Below, piece after piece: positions 24,280 to 33,045 of a stretch of DNA of 43,162 nucleotides. The stretch lies in the NCBI GenBank assembly GCA_964605075.1, contig CAZSAX010000001.1, forward strand, positions 1 to 43,162. The letters run 5' to 3'. Within the stretch, counting starts at the first letter, position 1, and every line of letters begins with the position of its first letter. Both the position numbers and the translations under genes were made by a program. This DNA is from an uncultured Oscillospiraceae bacterium. GTDB lineage: Bacteria; Bacillota; Clostridia; Oscillospirales; Oscillospiraceae. The notes beneath the pieces were generated by a model. It was not told the DNA's origin. It was given only the letters and a program-made list of their open reading frames with translations, and ran no database searches.

Positions 24280-26310
24280 ATGGCTAAAACGAAAAAGAAA
24301 GAAGCCCTTTCTGTGAGTCGCCTCATAAATGAGGTTTTGGTCGCACAGTTAAGCATACCGTTTCGCCAAATTGTAAATGATACTACTTTTTCTAAATACA
24401 CTGGGTCAAAAAGACCGGATATTCTTATTTCTGAATTTGAATATGATGGCACAAACGACGATCAGTATATAAAAAACCTTGTTGCGTATGCAGAAGCAAA
24501 AGATGACTGCAAGGTGGATGACAAGGACTGGAAAGATGCTCTCAAACAAGGAAAGCTAAAAGCACCTAAATTAGGATTACCATATTTTATTGTCACTAAT
24601 TGTAAAACAACATATTTTTACAATGCCAAAACACTCAAACGATTGACTCTTAATGGTAATCCTATCCGAGAATTTCAAACCATTGATATTTACCGCCTCA
24701 TTAAAAACAAATTAACTCAGGATCCAGACTTGGATGCCATTAATACAAATGTTGATTCCATCTCGACTATTTCTGAAGCCATTTTTAATAAAAAACTATG
24801 GGAACTGGCAGGCGTTTATCGTGGTATTAACTTCAAAGACAATGTACAAAAAATTGATTTTACTGTTGGTTTCGTAGCTTTGGAATACTTTGAAGAAAAG
24901 GAAGAAATCGACGGAACTAAAGATTCTTCCAAGGTGTATTGGTCTAACTGTAGCGATGAAATTGCAGAAAAAGTTAAGAATAATTTGAGTGGCTATATAA
25001 AGCGATTAGAAGACGAGACAACATTTAAAGAGTTTAAAAATGTTATGGAAGTCGTCCGAATCGCTATTAGTGGTGACGATAAAAACAAGCCGCTTATCAG
25101 TGTGGATGATGTTAAGCAAATTTATAGCATTATAGATTCAATGAAACCGTTGCATGGAACAGGTTTTGATTTGTTTGGGGCGGTATATGAAATGTTTGCA
25201 TCTTCCAAGGAAAAGAAAGATTTTGGTGAATACTTTACACGAAGGCATTACACGCACATTTTTTCCAAGTTGTTGTTACTGGATGAAGATGTATACAACG
25301 AGAAAAAAGAGTTTTCTATTATTGATCCAGCCTGCGGAACAGGTGGCTTTTTGACAGAGAGTTTCAAGGTTCTTTTAAACAATTATGAAAAAAGCGGAAC
25401 CCTTACCGCATCGGCAAGAGAGTTTCTTTCAAAAAAATGTTTTTACGGGGTTGATGTGCGAGACGAAAACATCTCAAGAACACGCCTCAATATGTTCTTG
25501 GTCGGCGATGGTCATACTCATATGTACGCAGATAACTCATTGAAACCTGCGCGGAAAGGGGCAACAGCATTAAATAAAAAATATCAATATGTAATAACAA
25601 ATCCTCCATACGGCAGTGGTACAGTCAAAGCAAATACAGAAGCTATCTCCACAAATAGGACAGAAATTGCTTTTATTTGTAAAGTCATTGATTTGCTTGA
25701 AGTTGGAGGGAAAGCCTGTATCATTACGCCGGATGGAGTCTTGGAAAATCCTTCTTATAAAAAGCTGCGTCAAGAAATTCTTGAAAAATGCGAAGTATAT
25801 GCGATCGTATCCCTTCCTAAATTTGCTTTTGCGCCTTACACAAAGGAAAAAACATATGCTCTATTTATCAAAAAGAGAAGTAGTGCAATAACCAAAGTTC
25901 AAACCAAGCCTGTGTGGATGTATATCATTGACAACGATGGTTTAGCGAATTCCGATAAGAGATTTCCTACTAAACTTCGTAATAATAGAAATGGATGGAT
26001 GCACGACGAAATATCTGGCTGGGTTAGTACCGACGGTGTTGAAATGCCGGGCATTCTTGAAAAAAGATGGCTCACATTTGATGACAGCAACACGAAGACC
26101 ACATGGATTGACGAGAAAGGAATAACACAAATCGCAAGAAAAGGCGGTAATATCAATATTAATCTAATTGCGTCTGATAAGTATATAACACTGTTGCCCG
26201 AATACTATCTGCGTCCGTATTCGCCGCATTATATCAGCGAAGCAGATTTTAGTCAGGAACTGAAGAAAATAAATGATGAGATGAGGAGGGTGCTAAATGA
26301 AATTTCTTGA
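24280..26310 (+). CDS. Fused restriction endonuclease / gamma-class N6-adenine DNA methyltransferase (Type IIG / BcgI-A-like RM subunit)
   Basis: ATG 24280 lies 8 nt after GGAGG. The N-terminal PD-(D/E)xK candidate is RPDILISEFEY...VAYAEAKDDCK. SAM motif I is IIDPACGTGGFL and motif IV is YVITNPPYG. Confidence 0.8.
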   Translation: MAKTKKKEALSVSRLINEVLVAQLSIPFRQIVNDTTFSKYTGSKRPDILISEFEYDGTNDDQYIKNLVAYAEAKDDCKVDDKDWKDALKQGKLKAPKLGLPYFIVTNCKTTYFYNAKTLKRLTLNGNPIREFQTIDIYRLIKNKLTQDPDLDAINTNVDSISTISEAIFNKKLWELAGVYRGINFKDNVQKIDFTVGFVALEYFEEKEEIDGTKDSSKVYWSNCSDEIAEKVKNNLSGYIKRLEDETTFKEFKNVMEVVRIAISGDDKNKPLISVDDVKQIYSIIDSMKPLHGTGFDLFGAVYEMFASSKEKKDFGEYFTRRHYTHIFSKLLLLDEDVYNEKKEFSIIDPACGTGGFLTESFKVLLNNYEKSGTLTASAREFLSKKCFYGVDVRDENISRTRLNMFLVGDGHTHMYADNSLKPARKGATALNKKYQYVITNPPYGSGTVKANTEAISTNRTEIAFICKVIDLLEVGGKACIITPDGVLENPSYKKLRQEILEKCEVYAIVSLPKFAFAPYTKEKTYALFIKKRSSAITKVQTKPVWMYIIDNDGLANSDKRFPTKLRNNRNGWMHDEISGWVSTDGVEMPGILEKRWLTFDDSNTKTTWIDEKGITQIARKGGNININLIASDKYITLLPEYYLRPYSPHYISEADFSQELKKINDEMRRVLNEIS

Positions 26311-26848
26311 TGTCTTTAACGAGATAGAAAAAGGCAATTATGCACTAACTGATGAAGCCATATATGCCTCTCTTCAAAACGGTGATGAATTGATTCCTCT
26401 ATACGGCGGAAACAAAGATCATGTTACTACTGAACGTAGAATTTCGATTTCTGCAAAAACCAAAAAGGGCACACCAATCACCATCTTCTCGGGCGAAGGA
26501 ATTATCATTAGTTTGGATGGTAGTGCAGGAAGCATGACCTATAAAAATGGGGAAAGGTTTGCTTTAAATCACCATGCAGGTTTCATAACATTGAGAGAAG
26601 ATGCGGAAGAAAAAGTCAATCTCGAATATTTCTCAATCTTTTTACAGAATTTCTATAGAGAAATGGGGGTTAGCGATGGGTCAAAAACGCTTTCTTTAAC
26701 TCAGATATACGCTGAGGAGTTTAATTTGCCCAACCGGAATGTGCAAGACAATGTTTTGAATGAACTAAAAGCAATTCAAAACAAACTGAAAGCGTTTGAA
26801 CTATTAAAGGAACGCTATAATGCCCTGATAGACAAGGAAATCCTATAA
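26297..26848 (+). CDS. Half-size specificity (HsdS-like, single target-recognition domain) subunit
   Basis: 183 aa. The start overlaps the RM gene by 14 nt, suggesting translational coupling. The C-terminal helical conserved-region-like tail is NELKAIQNKLKAFELLKERYNALIDKEI. The family call rests on position and size and is weak. Confidence 0.55.
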   Translation: MKFLDVFNEIEKGNYALTDEAIYASLQNGDELIPLYGGNKDHVTTERRISISAKTKKGTPITIFSGEGIIISLDGSAGSMTYKNGERFALNHHAGFITLREDAEEKVNLEYFSIFLQNFYREMGVSDGSKTLSLTQIYAEEFNLPNRNVQDNVLNELKAIQNKLKAFELLKERYNALIDKEIL

Positions 26849-26859
26849 AGATTCTAAAG

Positions 26860-26900
26860 CAGTAAGTGTCGGCAAGGAAAATCCTTGCCGACACTTACTG
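26860..26900. terminator. 18-bp perfect hairpin after the RM operon (no clear U-tract)
   Basis: cagtaagtgtcggcaagg / ccttgccgacacttactg with loop aaaat. Confidence 0.55.
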
Positions 26901-27160
26901 TCATCCAGATTTGTACATTGTTCTTGGAATTTTTTATGCTTTACCCATGGGAAATCGTTGTTTTACAAAACTTGTTCAGTTTTTCTTCCATAACCTCAAC
27001 CATCATCCTGCACCCAACATAAAACTGTTCTGGAACTGCAGGCATTCTGTTGTGGTGGCCAGAAGCTTTTCTTCAGTCTTGATAATCAGATAGAGCGCTT
27101 CCTTGTGCTCCTTACAGGGGTGGAAAAAGGGCATATTTCAGGCCCTTATTCAAAGCCTCC

Positions 27161-27235
27161 GTGTCGTAAATTTTTGCTGATTTTACGACAAATTCCATCA
27201 TAGCCCGGCTTTTGTGTCGTAAAAGTGTCGTAAAA
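27161..27235. repeat. Four copies of the 11-mer GTGTCGTAAAA (three direct, one inverted)
   Basis: Copies lie at 27161-27170 (direct), 27181-27190 (inverted, ttttacgaca), 27214-27224 and 27225-27235 (adjacent direct). They sit about 60 nt from the compositional boundary. Confidence 0.85.
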
Positions 27236-27284
27236 TCAGGTGGTCAAAATCGAGGAAAGCTTTGGGCACCAAGGGTTTGCGGGT

Positions 27285-27326
27285 TTAAGTTAATACGCCG
27301 TGGCAGACGAAAAGAATGTTGGTCAT
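27285..27326 (-). pseudogene. 13-codon stub resembling the N-terminus of a low-molecular-weight phosphotyrosine phosphatase / ArsC-type gene
   Basis: The reverse strand reads AAGGAG, 5 nt, then ATG ACC AAC ATT CTT TTC GTC TGC CAC GGC GTA TTA ACT TAA, giving MTNILFVCHGVLT*. ILFVCHG is the start of the C-x5-R P-loop signature, which is lost after CHG. Confidence 0.45.
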
Positions 27327-27502
27327 ACAGGCTCCTTTTGGGTGTTGGCTGCGATGATCGTGCTGTTCGCAGCGCTGAATAATGGCGGGGCGGCTGTGCC
27401 TGCACAATACCACGGCCGCGCCGGACGAGGTTCGCCTTGTCATCTCCGGCGAGAATCTATATAATAAAGCTGTCAATGTTATTTTTTGGAGAAAGGACGC
27501 CT

Positions 27503-28216
27503 ATGAACGAACTTATCCGCGGTGCTGGAAGTGTCTGCCTGTATTTTGTTATCGCGGCTTTCGTTATGCTGAGCCTGCGCCGGCTGCTGCGCATTCCCGA
27601 CGAGGTTTTTCGGAAAACGCTGCATTTTATCCTGCTCGGTTCGTATGTTTTCTTTGTCTTTGCCTTTGATACCTGGTGGCTCTCCGTGGCCACCACCCTG
27701 GCGCTGGAGTTCCTCATCTATCCCATCCTGGCGGCGGCGGGGCGGATGCCCAGATTCTCTTCCTTTGTCAACGAGCGTAAAAAGGGAGAGTTCAAACGCA
27801 GTCTGCTTCTGGCCTTTTCCATGCTGGCGCTGTGCAATGCGGTTTGCTGGGGCTGGCTGGGGGATAAATACCTGGGGCTTGCCTGTATGTATGCCTGGGG
27901 CGTGGGGGATGCCTTTGCCGCGCTGGTGGGCAAGCGCTTCGGCAAGCACAAAACAAAGCTCAAGCACGCCGATCCCCGCAAGACGGCGGAGGGCTCGGCC
28001 GCCATGTTTCTCAGCTCCGCCATGGCTGTGCTTCTGATCCTTCTGGCCCACGGGCATCTGAGCGCCGCGGCTTACATCCTTATTCCCATCGCCGGAGCCG
28101 GCGCGGCCACGCTGGTGGAACTTGTTACCCCGGACGGCATGGACACCGTCACCTGCCCCGCCGTCGCCATGGTGGTGATGATCCCGCTGATGGCACTGTT
28201 TGGAGGTTTTGCATGA
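27503..28216 (+). CDS. Polytopic membrane protein of the CTP-dependent polyprenol/diacylglycerol kinase - CdsA superfamily
   Basis: ATG 27503 follows GGAGAAAGGA. There are multiple TM helices and the motif YAWGVGDAFAALVGKRFGKHK, typical of CTP_transf_1 / dolichol-phytol kinase-like proteins. Confidence 0.6.
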   Translation: MNELIRGAGSVCLYFVIAAFVMLSLRRLLRIPDEVFRKTLHFILLGSYVFFVFAFDTWWLSVATTLALEFLIYPILAAAGRMPRFSSFVNERKKGEFKRSLLLAFSMLALCNAVCWGWLGDKYLGLACMYAWGVGDAFAALVGKRFGKHKTKLKHADPRKTAEGSAAMFLSSAMAVLLILLAHGHLSAAAYILIPIAGAGAATLVELVTPDGMDTVTCPAVAMVVMIPLMALFGGFA

Positions 28217-28848
28217 AAAACAAGAAATCAGGGTCCCGCACGCTTTTGTGGTCGGTGATCATGAGTGCCCCCGGCCCGCTGGTGGTGGGCCTGGGTCTTC
28301 TGGCAGGACGCAGCTCCACCCAGATCGCGGACTTTGTCCGCCGCAGCTCGGAACTGCTGGCCATTATCCTGTCCTTTGCGATCTTCAAAATTACCACCCG
28401 GGACGGTGTTTGCGACGAGGAGCGCAGGGCCCGGCTGGAGCGGGGTTCCAACGCCTTTGTGGGGGCCATGATGTGCCTGGGCGGCAGTTTTATGATCCTT
28501 CTGGCCTTTCTCTCCGATACCGCCGACAAAGGCAATGTGATCCCCGGCCTGGCCATTGCGGTGCTGGGGGTGATCGCCAACACCATTTTCTGGCGGCGCT
28601 ACACAAAGCTGAACAGGGCTGAGCCCAACGCCATCCTGGCGGTGCAGGCCCGGCTGTACCGGGCCAAAAGTCTGGTGGACGGCTGCGTTACGCTGGCGCT
28701 GCTGGCGGTGGCCGTTGCGCCGGCGTCTCCGGTTTCGGCGGCGCTGGACTTCGGGGGCTCCATCATTGTGGCGGCTTATCTTATCTGGTGCGGCATCCGC
28801 ACCGTCTGGGAGGCTGTCAAGGGAACAAACAGCGGCCTCAGCCAGTGA
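28213..28848 (+). CDS. Cation-diffusion-facilitator-like membrane protein (TM domain only)
   Basis: The start overlaps the previous stop (ATGA). About 6 TM helices. The STQIADFVRRSSELLAIILSF and SLVDGCVTLALL patterns resemble CDF TM2/TM5. Confidence 0.45.
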   Translation: MKNKKSGSRTLLWSVIMSAPGPLVVGLGLLAGRSSTQIADFVRRSSELLAIILSFAIFKITTRDGVCDEERRARLERGSNAFVGAMMCLGGSFMILLAFLSDTADKGNVIPGLAIAVLGVIANTIFWRRYTKLNRAEPNAILAVQARLYRAKSLVDGCVTLALLAVAVAPASPVSAALDFGGSIIVAAYLIWCGIRTVWEAVKGTNSGLSQ

Positions 28849-28856
28849 ATACATCC

Positions 28857-28900
28857 AAACACCGCCGCCGGGGCTCTTTCCGGAGGCGGTGTTTTCTCTT
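28857..28900 (+). terminator. Rho-independent terminator
   Basis: aaacaccgcc ... ggcggtgttt stem followed by tctctt. Confidence 0.6.
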
Positions 28901-29049
28901 GCGCCGGCAGGGCGGAGAAGGGCGACGGAAGAAAGCCGGACTGTGTTGTTTGTTCCGGTTTTGTGTTTTGTGTGACGGGCTTCTTGTTTTTTGAAAAAGG
29001 GCAATGATAATATTGAAGCGGAAATTTTAAAATCTTCGGAGGAATCAAC

Positions 29050-31152
29050 ATGAAAAGAGCATTTTCCCTTTTTCTTGTTCTGGTCATGGCGCTGATGCTT
29101 GCCACCGCGGCCTTTGCCAGCGGCGAGCCTTCGCAGGAAGCGGCCAGCGACAAGGCTTACATTGAAGAAACTCTGAACATTGCCAACAACACCGAGCTTA
29201 CCTGGAGCTATGCCTCCGGGGCGGATGCCTGGACCATGTCTGTGGTGGAAGCGGTGGTCTACCCCGAGCTGCCCAATCAGCAGAGCGTGTCCGTGTGCGT
29301 GCCCGGTGCCTATGTCACCGGCATCGACACCGACCGGGACGGCAAGGCAGATGTGACCGCCGGGACCTACACCGAGGCGATCAACGGCGTTCTTGTGATT
29401 GACTACGAAGCCCGGATCACCAGCACCAACGGCCAGGTCTACACCGCCGGTACGGCCCCTGTGATCCTCAACACCGGCGCGGCTGGCTATGGCTCGTCCT
29501 CCACCCGCACGGCGGGCTCCACCTATGCCAAGGAAGGCTATATCAACGTCACCTGCGGCAACCGGGGCAAGCAGGACGCCATCAAGGATGATGATGGAAA
29601 CATTCTTTACTATACCGGCGACGCTCCCAGCTGCCTGGTGGACCAGAAGAATGCTGCCCGCTTTGTGAAGTACAACATCCTTCTGGGTAACCTCCCCGGC
29701 AGCGTGGACTACTTTGTCTCCACCGGTGGCTCCGGCGGCGCGGCCCATGCGGCCATGTTTGCTGCTACCTCCAACAATCCCGATTTCTATGACTATGAGA
29801 TCGAGGCTGGCGCAGTGGGCGTGTACCGCAATGCCGACGGCAGCTACTCCACCACCGTCACCATCGACGGCGTGGACTATGAGATCTCCGACGGCGCCTG
29901 GGGCTGTGTGGCCTACAGCGCCATCACCAGCCTGTATGAGGCCGATATGGCCATGGCCTTTGAATACTTCATGGATGTGGATCACAGCTTCAACAGCTCC
30001 TTCCAGAAGCTGCTGGCGGCCTATCTGTCCGAGGATTATCTGGTCTACATCAACGATCAGAATCTGTCCGTGGAGGAAGACGAGATCGGCTTTGACCTGA
30101 ACGAGGACGGTGATCTGGATGACCTCATTGCGCTGACCATCGAATACGACGTGGAAAAGTATCCCGAGACCAACGGCTACGGCGGCAGCTACTGCGACCT
30201 CATCAAGGCCACTTTTGCGGCCGGCATCCAGAAGTACATGGACAATCTGGATTATGCCAGCGGCTGGACCTGGTTCAATGCTGACGGCACGGCCATGAGC
30301 GATGAGCAGGTGGCCGCCATGGACCATGAAGACCGGGTGGCTGCCTTCCTGGAAGGCCGTTACTCCAGCGGCAGCTCTGCCAGCGGCGAGATGGGCGGAG
30401 CCAGCGGTGAAGCCGGCGATACCGTGGTGGTGGACGGCGTGACCGAACTGATCGTCGGTACCCCCGTGGCCGGCACTACCCAGGCGGCGGGCACCGGCAC
30501 CAACTCCAACAACTATGAGACCTTTGAAGAGATGCTGGCCTCCTATGAGGAAGATATAGCCGCGATCTATGCCGGCGATGAATACGGCAAAAACATTGTG
30601 GAGCTCTACGATCCCATCCGCTACATCGGCGCCGAAGGCACCGATAACCCCACCTGGGCCCGTATCGTCATGGGCGCCAAGGAAGGCGATATGGCCTCCA
30701 TCAACTCCCTGAACATGCAGATCAAGTGGCTGGCGGCGGGTACGGACGCTGCGGTGGAATGGCAGTACAACGGCGGCCATGTTCCCTCTGAGATCCTGGG
30801 GGATTCCTTCGCTCTGTGGGTGGATAAAATGTATGCCGAGCATGTGGAGGGCGCGCAGGCGGTGACCAAGGCGGCAGCGGAGCCTCAGACGGAAAACGGT
30901 GATGCGGAAGAAGCCAACGGGAAGGTCCTGGACTGGGTGACTTACGAAGCCGGCAGGGTCAATGTGGAGCTGGCGGACTTCGCCTCCTACCGTACTGCCG
31001 GCGCCATGAAGGCGACCCCCGGCTTTGACGTGATCGACTATGGTCAGGAGGATTATGTTTTCGGCAACACCCAGCAGGATGCCCGTCACTGGAGCATCTA
31101 TGTTCTGCAGGCGCTGCGGGAGCATGCCGAGGAACTGGCGCCCCATTTCTGA
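29050..31152 (+). CDS. Secreted alpha/beta-hydrolase-fold protein (tannase/esterase-like), 700 aa
   Basis: Signal peptide MKRAFSLFLVLVMALMLATAAFASG. Nucleophile-elbow-like VSTGGSGGAAHAAMFA. The family assignment is tentative. Confidence 0.45.
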   Translation: MKRAFSLFLVLVMALMLATAAFASGEPSQEAASDKAYIEETLNIANNTELTWSYASGADAWTMSVVEAVVYPELPNQQSVSVCVPGAYVTGIDTDRDGKADVTAGTYTEAINGVLVIDYEARITSTNGQVYTAGTAPVILNTGAAGYGSSSTRTAGSTYAKEGYINVTCGNRGKQDAIKDDDGNILYYTGDAPSCLVDQKNAARFVKYNILLGNLPGSVDYFVSTGGSGGAAHAAMFAATSNNPDFYDYEIEAGAVGVYRNADGSYSTTVTIDGVDYEISDGAWGCVAYSAITSLYEADMAMAFEYFMDVDHSFNSSFQKLLAAYLSEDYLVYINDQNLSVEEDEIGFDLNEDGDLDDLIALTIEYDVEKYPETNGYGGSYCDLIKATFAAGIQKYMDNLDYASGWTWFNADGTAMSDEQVAAMDHEDRVAAFLEGRYSSGSSASGEMGGASGEAGDTVVVDGVTELIVGTPVAGTTQAAGTGTNSNNYETFEEMLASYEEDIAAIYAGDEYGKNIVELYDPIRYIGAEGTDNPTWARIVMGAKEGDMASINSLNMQIKWLAAGTDAAVEWQYNGGHVPSEILGDSFALWVDKMYAEHVEGAQAVTKAAAEPQTENGDAEEANGKVLDWVTYEAGRVNVELADFASYRTAGAMKATPGFDVIDYGQEDYVFGNTQQDARHWSIYVLQALREHAEELAPHF

Positions 31153-31174
31153 TACAAAATAAGACAATACCGAA

Positions 31175-31217
31175 AAGGCCGGTGCGTCCCCGTGGGGATG
31201 CGCCGGCCTTCTTTTTT
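31175..31217 (+). terminator. Rho-independent terminator
   Basis: aaggccggtgcgtcccc / ggggatgcgccggcctt stem (two G-U pairs) followed by cttttttg. Confidence 0.8.
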
Positions 31218-31307
31218 GCGCGGCCTGCCTCTTGACAAAAACAGCGATCTTGCGGACAATGGAGAAAAAACAGCCGGCCGCGGGGCCGGGGAAAGACAGG
31301 TGGGAAC

Positions 31308-33002
31308 ATGAAGGTTGTTATCGTGGGCGGCGTGGCCGGCGGGGCTACGGCAGCGGCCCGGATCCGCCGGCTGGATGAGACGGCAGAGATCGTTGTTTTC
31401 GAGCGCACGGGCTATATTTCCTATGCCAACTGCGGCCTGCCTTATTACATCGGGGATGTGATCACAGACCCGGAGGAGCTCACCCTGCAGACACCGGAGA
31501 GCTTTTGGACCCGCTTCCGGGTGACGATGAAGGTGCACCATGAGGTCACGGCCATCCACACGGAAGAAAAAAGCGTGACAGTGCAGAATCTGGAGACCGG
31601 CGAGCGCTTTGAGGAGAGCTATGATAAGCTGCTTCTGGCCCCCGGGGCCAAGCCCACCCGACCGGAGCTTCCCGGCCTGGGGCTGGAGCGGGTGTTCACT
31701 CTGCGCACGGTGGAGGATACCTTCCGCATCAAGGATTTCATCCGGCGGGAGAAGCCCCGGTCGGCGATCCTGGCCGGCGGCGGCTTCATCGGTCTGGAAC
31801 TGGCGGAAAACCTGCGGGAGCTGGGCCTGGAGGTCACCATCGTGCAGCGGCCCAAACAGCTCCTGAATCCCCTGGATGCGGATATGGCGGCCTTTGTCCA
31901 CGGTGAGATGCGAAAGCACGGCGTAAAGCTGGCGCTGGGCTTCACGGTGGAAGGCTTTGAGGAAACGGCGGACGGCGTGGCGGTGCGGCTGAAGGAGCGG
32001 GAAGCCCTCCGGGCGGATATGGTGGTGCTGGCCATCGGGGTCACGCCGGACACGGCACTGGCCGGAGAAACGGGGCTGGCGCTGGGCGTTAAGGGAAGCA
32101 TCCTGGTCAGCGACCGGATGGAAACCTCGGTGCCCGATATCTATGCGGTGGGGGATGCGGTGCAGGTGAAGCACTATGTCACCGGGCAGGATACCCTGCT
32201 CTCCCTGGCGGGACCCGCCAACAAGCAGGGTCGCATCGCCGCAGACAACATCTGCGGCGGCGACAGCCGCTATGCCGGCTCTCAGGGAAGCAGCATTATC
32301 AAGCTGTTTGACCTGACCGCGGCGGCCACCGGCGTCAGCGAGACGGCGGCCCGGAAAGCGGGGCTGGATGTGGATAAGGTGATCCTGTCGCCCATGAGCC
32401 ATGCCGGTTATTACCCCGGCGGGCGGATGATGACCATGAAGGTGGTTTTTGAGAAAGAGAGTTACCGGCTGCTGGGGGCCCAGATCGTGGGCTATGAGGG
32501 CGTGGACAAGCGCATTGACGTGCTGGCCACGGCCATCCATGCGGGCATGAAGGCCACGGAGCTGAAGGAACTGGATCTGGCCTACGCGCCGCCCTATTCC
32601 TCCGCGAAGGATCCGGTGAACATGGCGGGCTTTATGATCGACAACATCCAGAAAGGCCTTTTGAAGCAGTGGTATTGGGAACAGGCGGAAAGTCTGCCCC
32701 GGGACGGCAGTGTGACCCTGCTGGATACCCGCACGCGGGGGGAATTCCGGGCGGGACACATCGAGGGCTTTGTGAACATTCCGGTGGACGAGCTGAGAGA
32801 GCGGCTGGAAGAGCTTGAACCGGGGAAGCCGGTTTATGTGATCTGTCAGAGCGGCCTTCGCAGCTACATCGCCGTCCGTATTCTGGCGGGACAGGGCTTT
32901 GAGGCCAGCAACTTTGCCGGCGGCTATCGCTTCTACGACGCGGTGGTCAATGACCGCTGCCTCATCGAAGCCGCCACCGCCTGCGGCATGGACAAACAAT
33001 AA
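31308..33002 (+). CDS. CoA-disulfide reductase / NADH-oxidase-family flavoprotein with C-terminal rhodanese domain
   Basis: FAD fingerprint VVIVGGVAGGATAAAR. Redox Cys in SYANCGLPYYIG. Second dinucleotide fold ILAGGGFIGLELAE. Rhodanese tail with VYVICQSGLRSY. Confidence 0.85.
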   Translation: MKVVIVGGVAGGATAAARIRRLDETAEIVVFERTGYISYANCGLPYYIGDVITDPEELTLQTPESFWTRFRVTMKVHHEVTAIHTEEKSVTVQNLETGERFEESYDKLLLAPGAKPTRPELPGLGLERVFTLRTVEDTFRIKDFIRREKPRSAILAGGGFIGLELAENLRELGLEVTIVQRPKQLLNPLDADMAAFVHGEMRKHGVKLALGFTVEGFEETADGVAVRLKEREALRADMVVLAIGVTPDTALAGETGLALGVKGSILVSDRMETSVPDIYAVGDAVQVKHYVTGQDTLLSLAGPANKQGRIAADNICGGDSRYAGSQGSSIIKLFDLTAAATGVSETAARKAGLDVDKVILSPMSHAGYYPGGRMMTMKVVFEKESYRLLGAQIVGYEGVDKRIDVLATAIHAGMKATELKELDLAYAPPYSSAKDPVNMAGFMIDNIQKGLLKQWYWEQAESLPRDGSVTLLDTRTRGEFRAGHIEGFVNIPVDELRERLEELEPGKPVYVICQSGLRSYIAVRILAGQGFEASNFAGGYRFYDAVVNDRCLIEAATACGMDKQ

Positions 33003-33006
33003 AAAA

Positions 33007-33045
33007 TGCCGCCGGGTCAGAGAAGACCCGGCGGTGCTTTTTATG
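33007..33045. terminator. Bidirectional terminator between convergent genes
   Basis: aaaaaatgccgccgggtc agagaa gacccggcggtgcttttta. Confidence 0.75.

Noticed and set aside
26941-27134. Reverse-strand small ORF MPFFHPCKEHKEALYLIIKTEEKLLATTTECLQFQNSFMLGAG*, which could continue after a frameshift as MMVEVMEEKLNKFCKTTISHG*. Also the forward 75-aa ORF at 26866-27093.
   Set aside because: I recognised no family and there is no convincing RBS. It needs a frameshift to reach even about 65 aa. It lies in decayed element DNA. The forward ORF begins inside the 18-bp hairpin.
28228-31167. 979-aa reverse-strand ORF spanning three forward genes.
   Set aside because: It is a shadow ORF typical of very high-GC DNA, with Gly/Arg/Ala/His-rich, low-complexity translation. 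It is antisense to forward ORFs that have a signal peptide, motifs, RBSs and terminators.
31098-32999. 633-aa reverse-strand ORF opposite the flavoprotein gene.
   Set aside because: It is an antisense shadow of a gene with clear FAD, redox-Cys and rhodanese motifs. Its translation is Arg/Gly/His-rich with no motifs.
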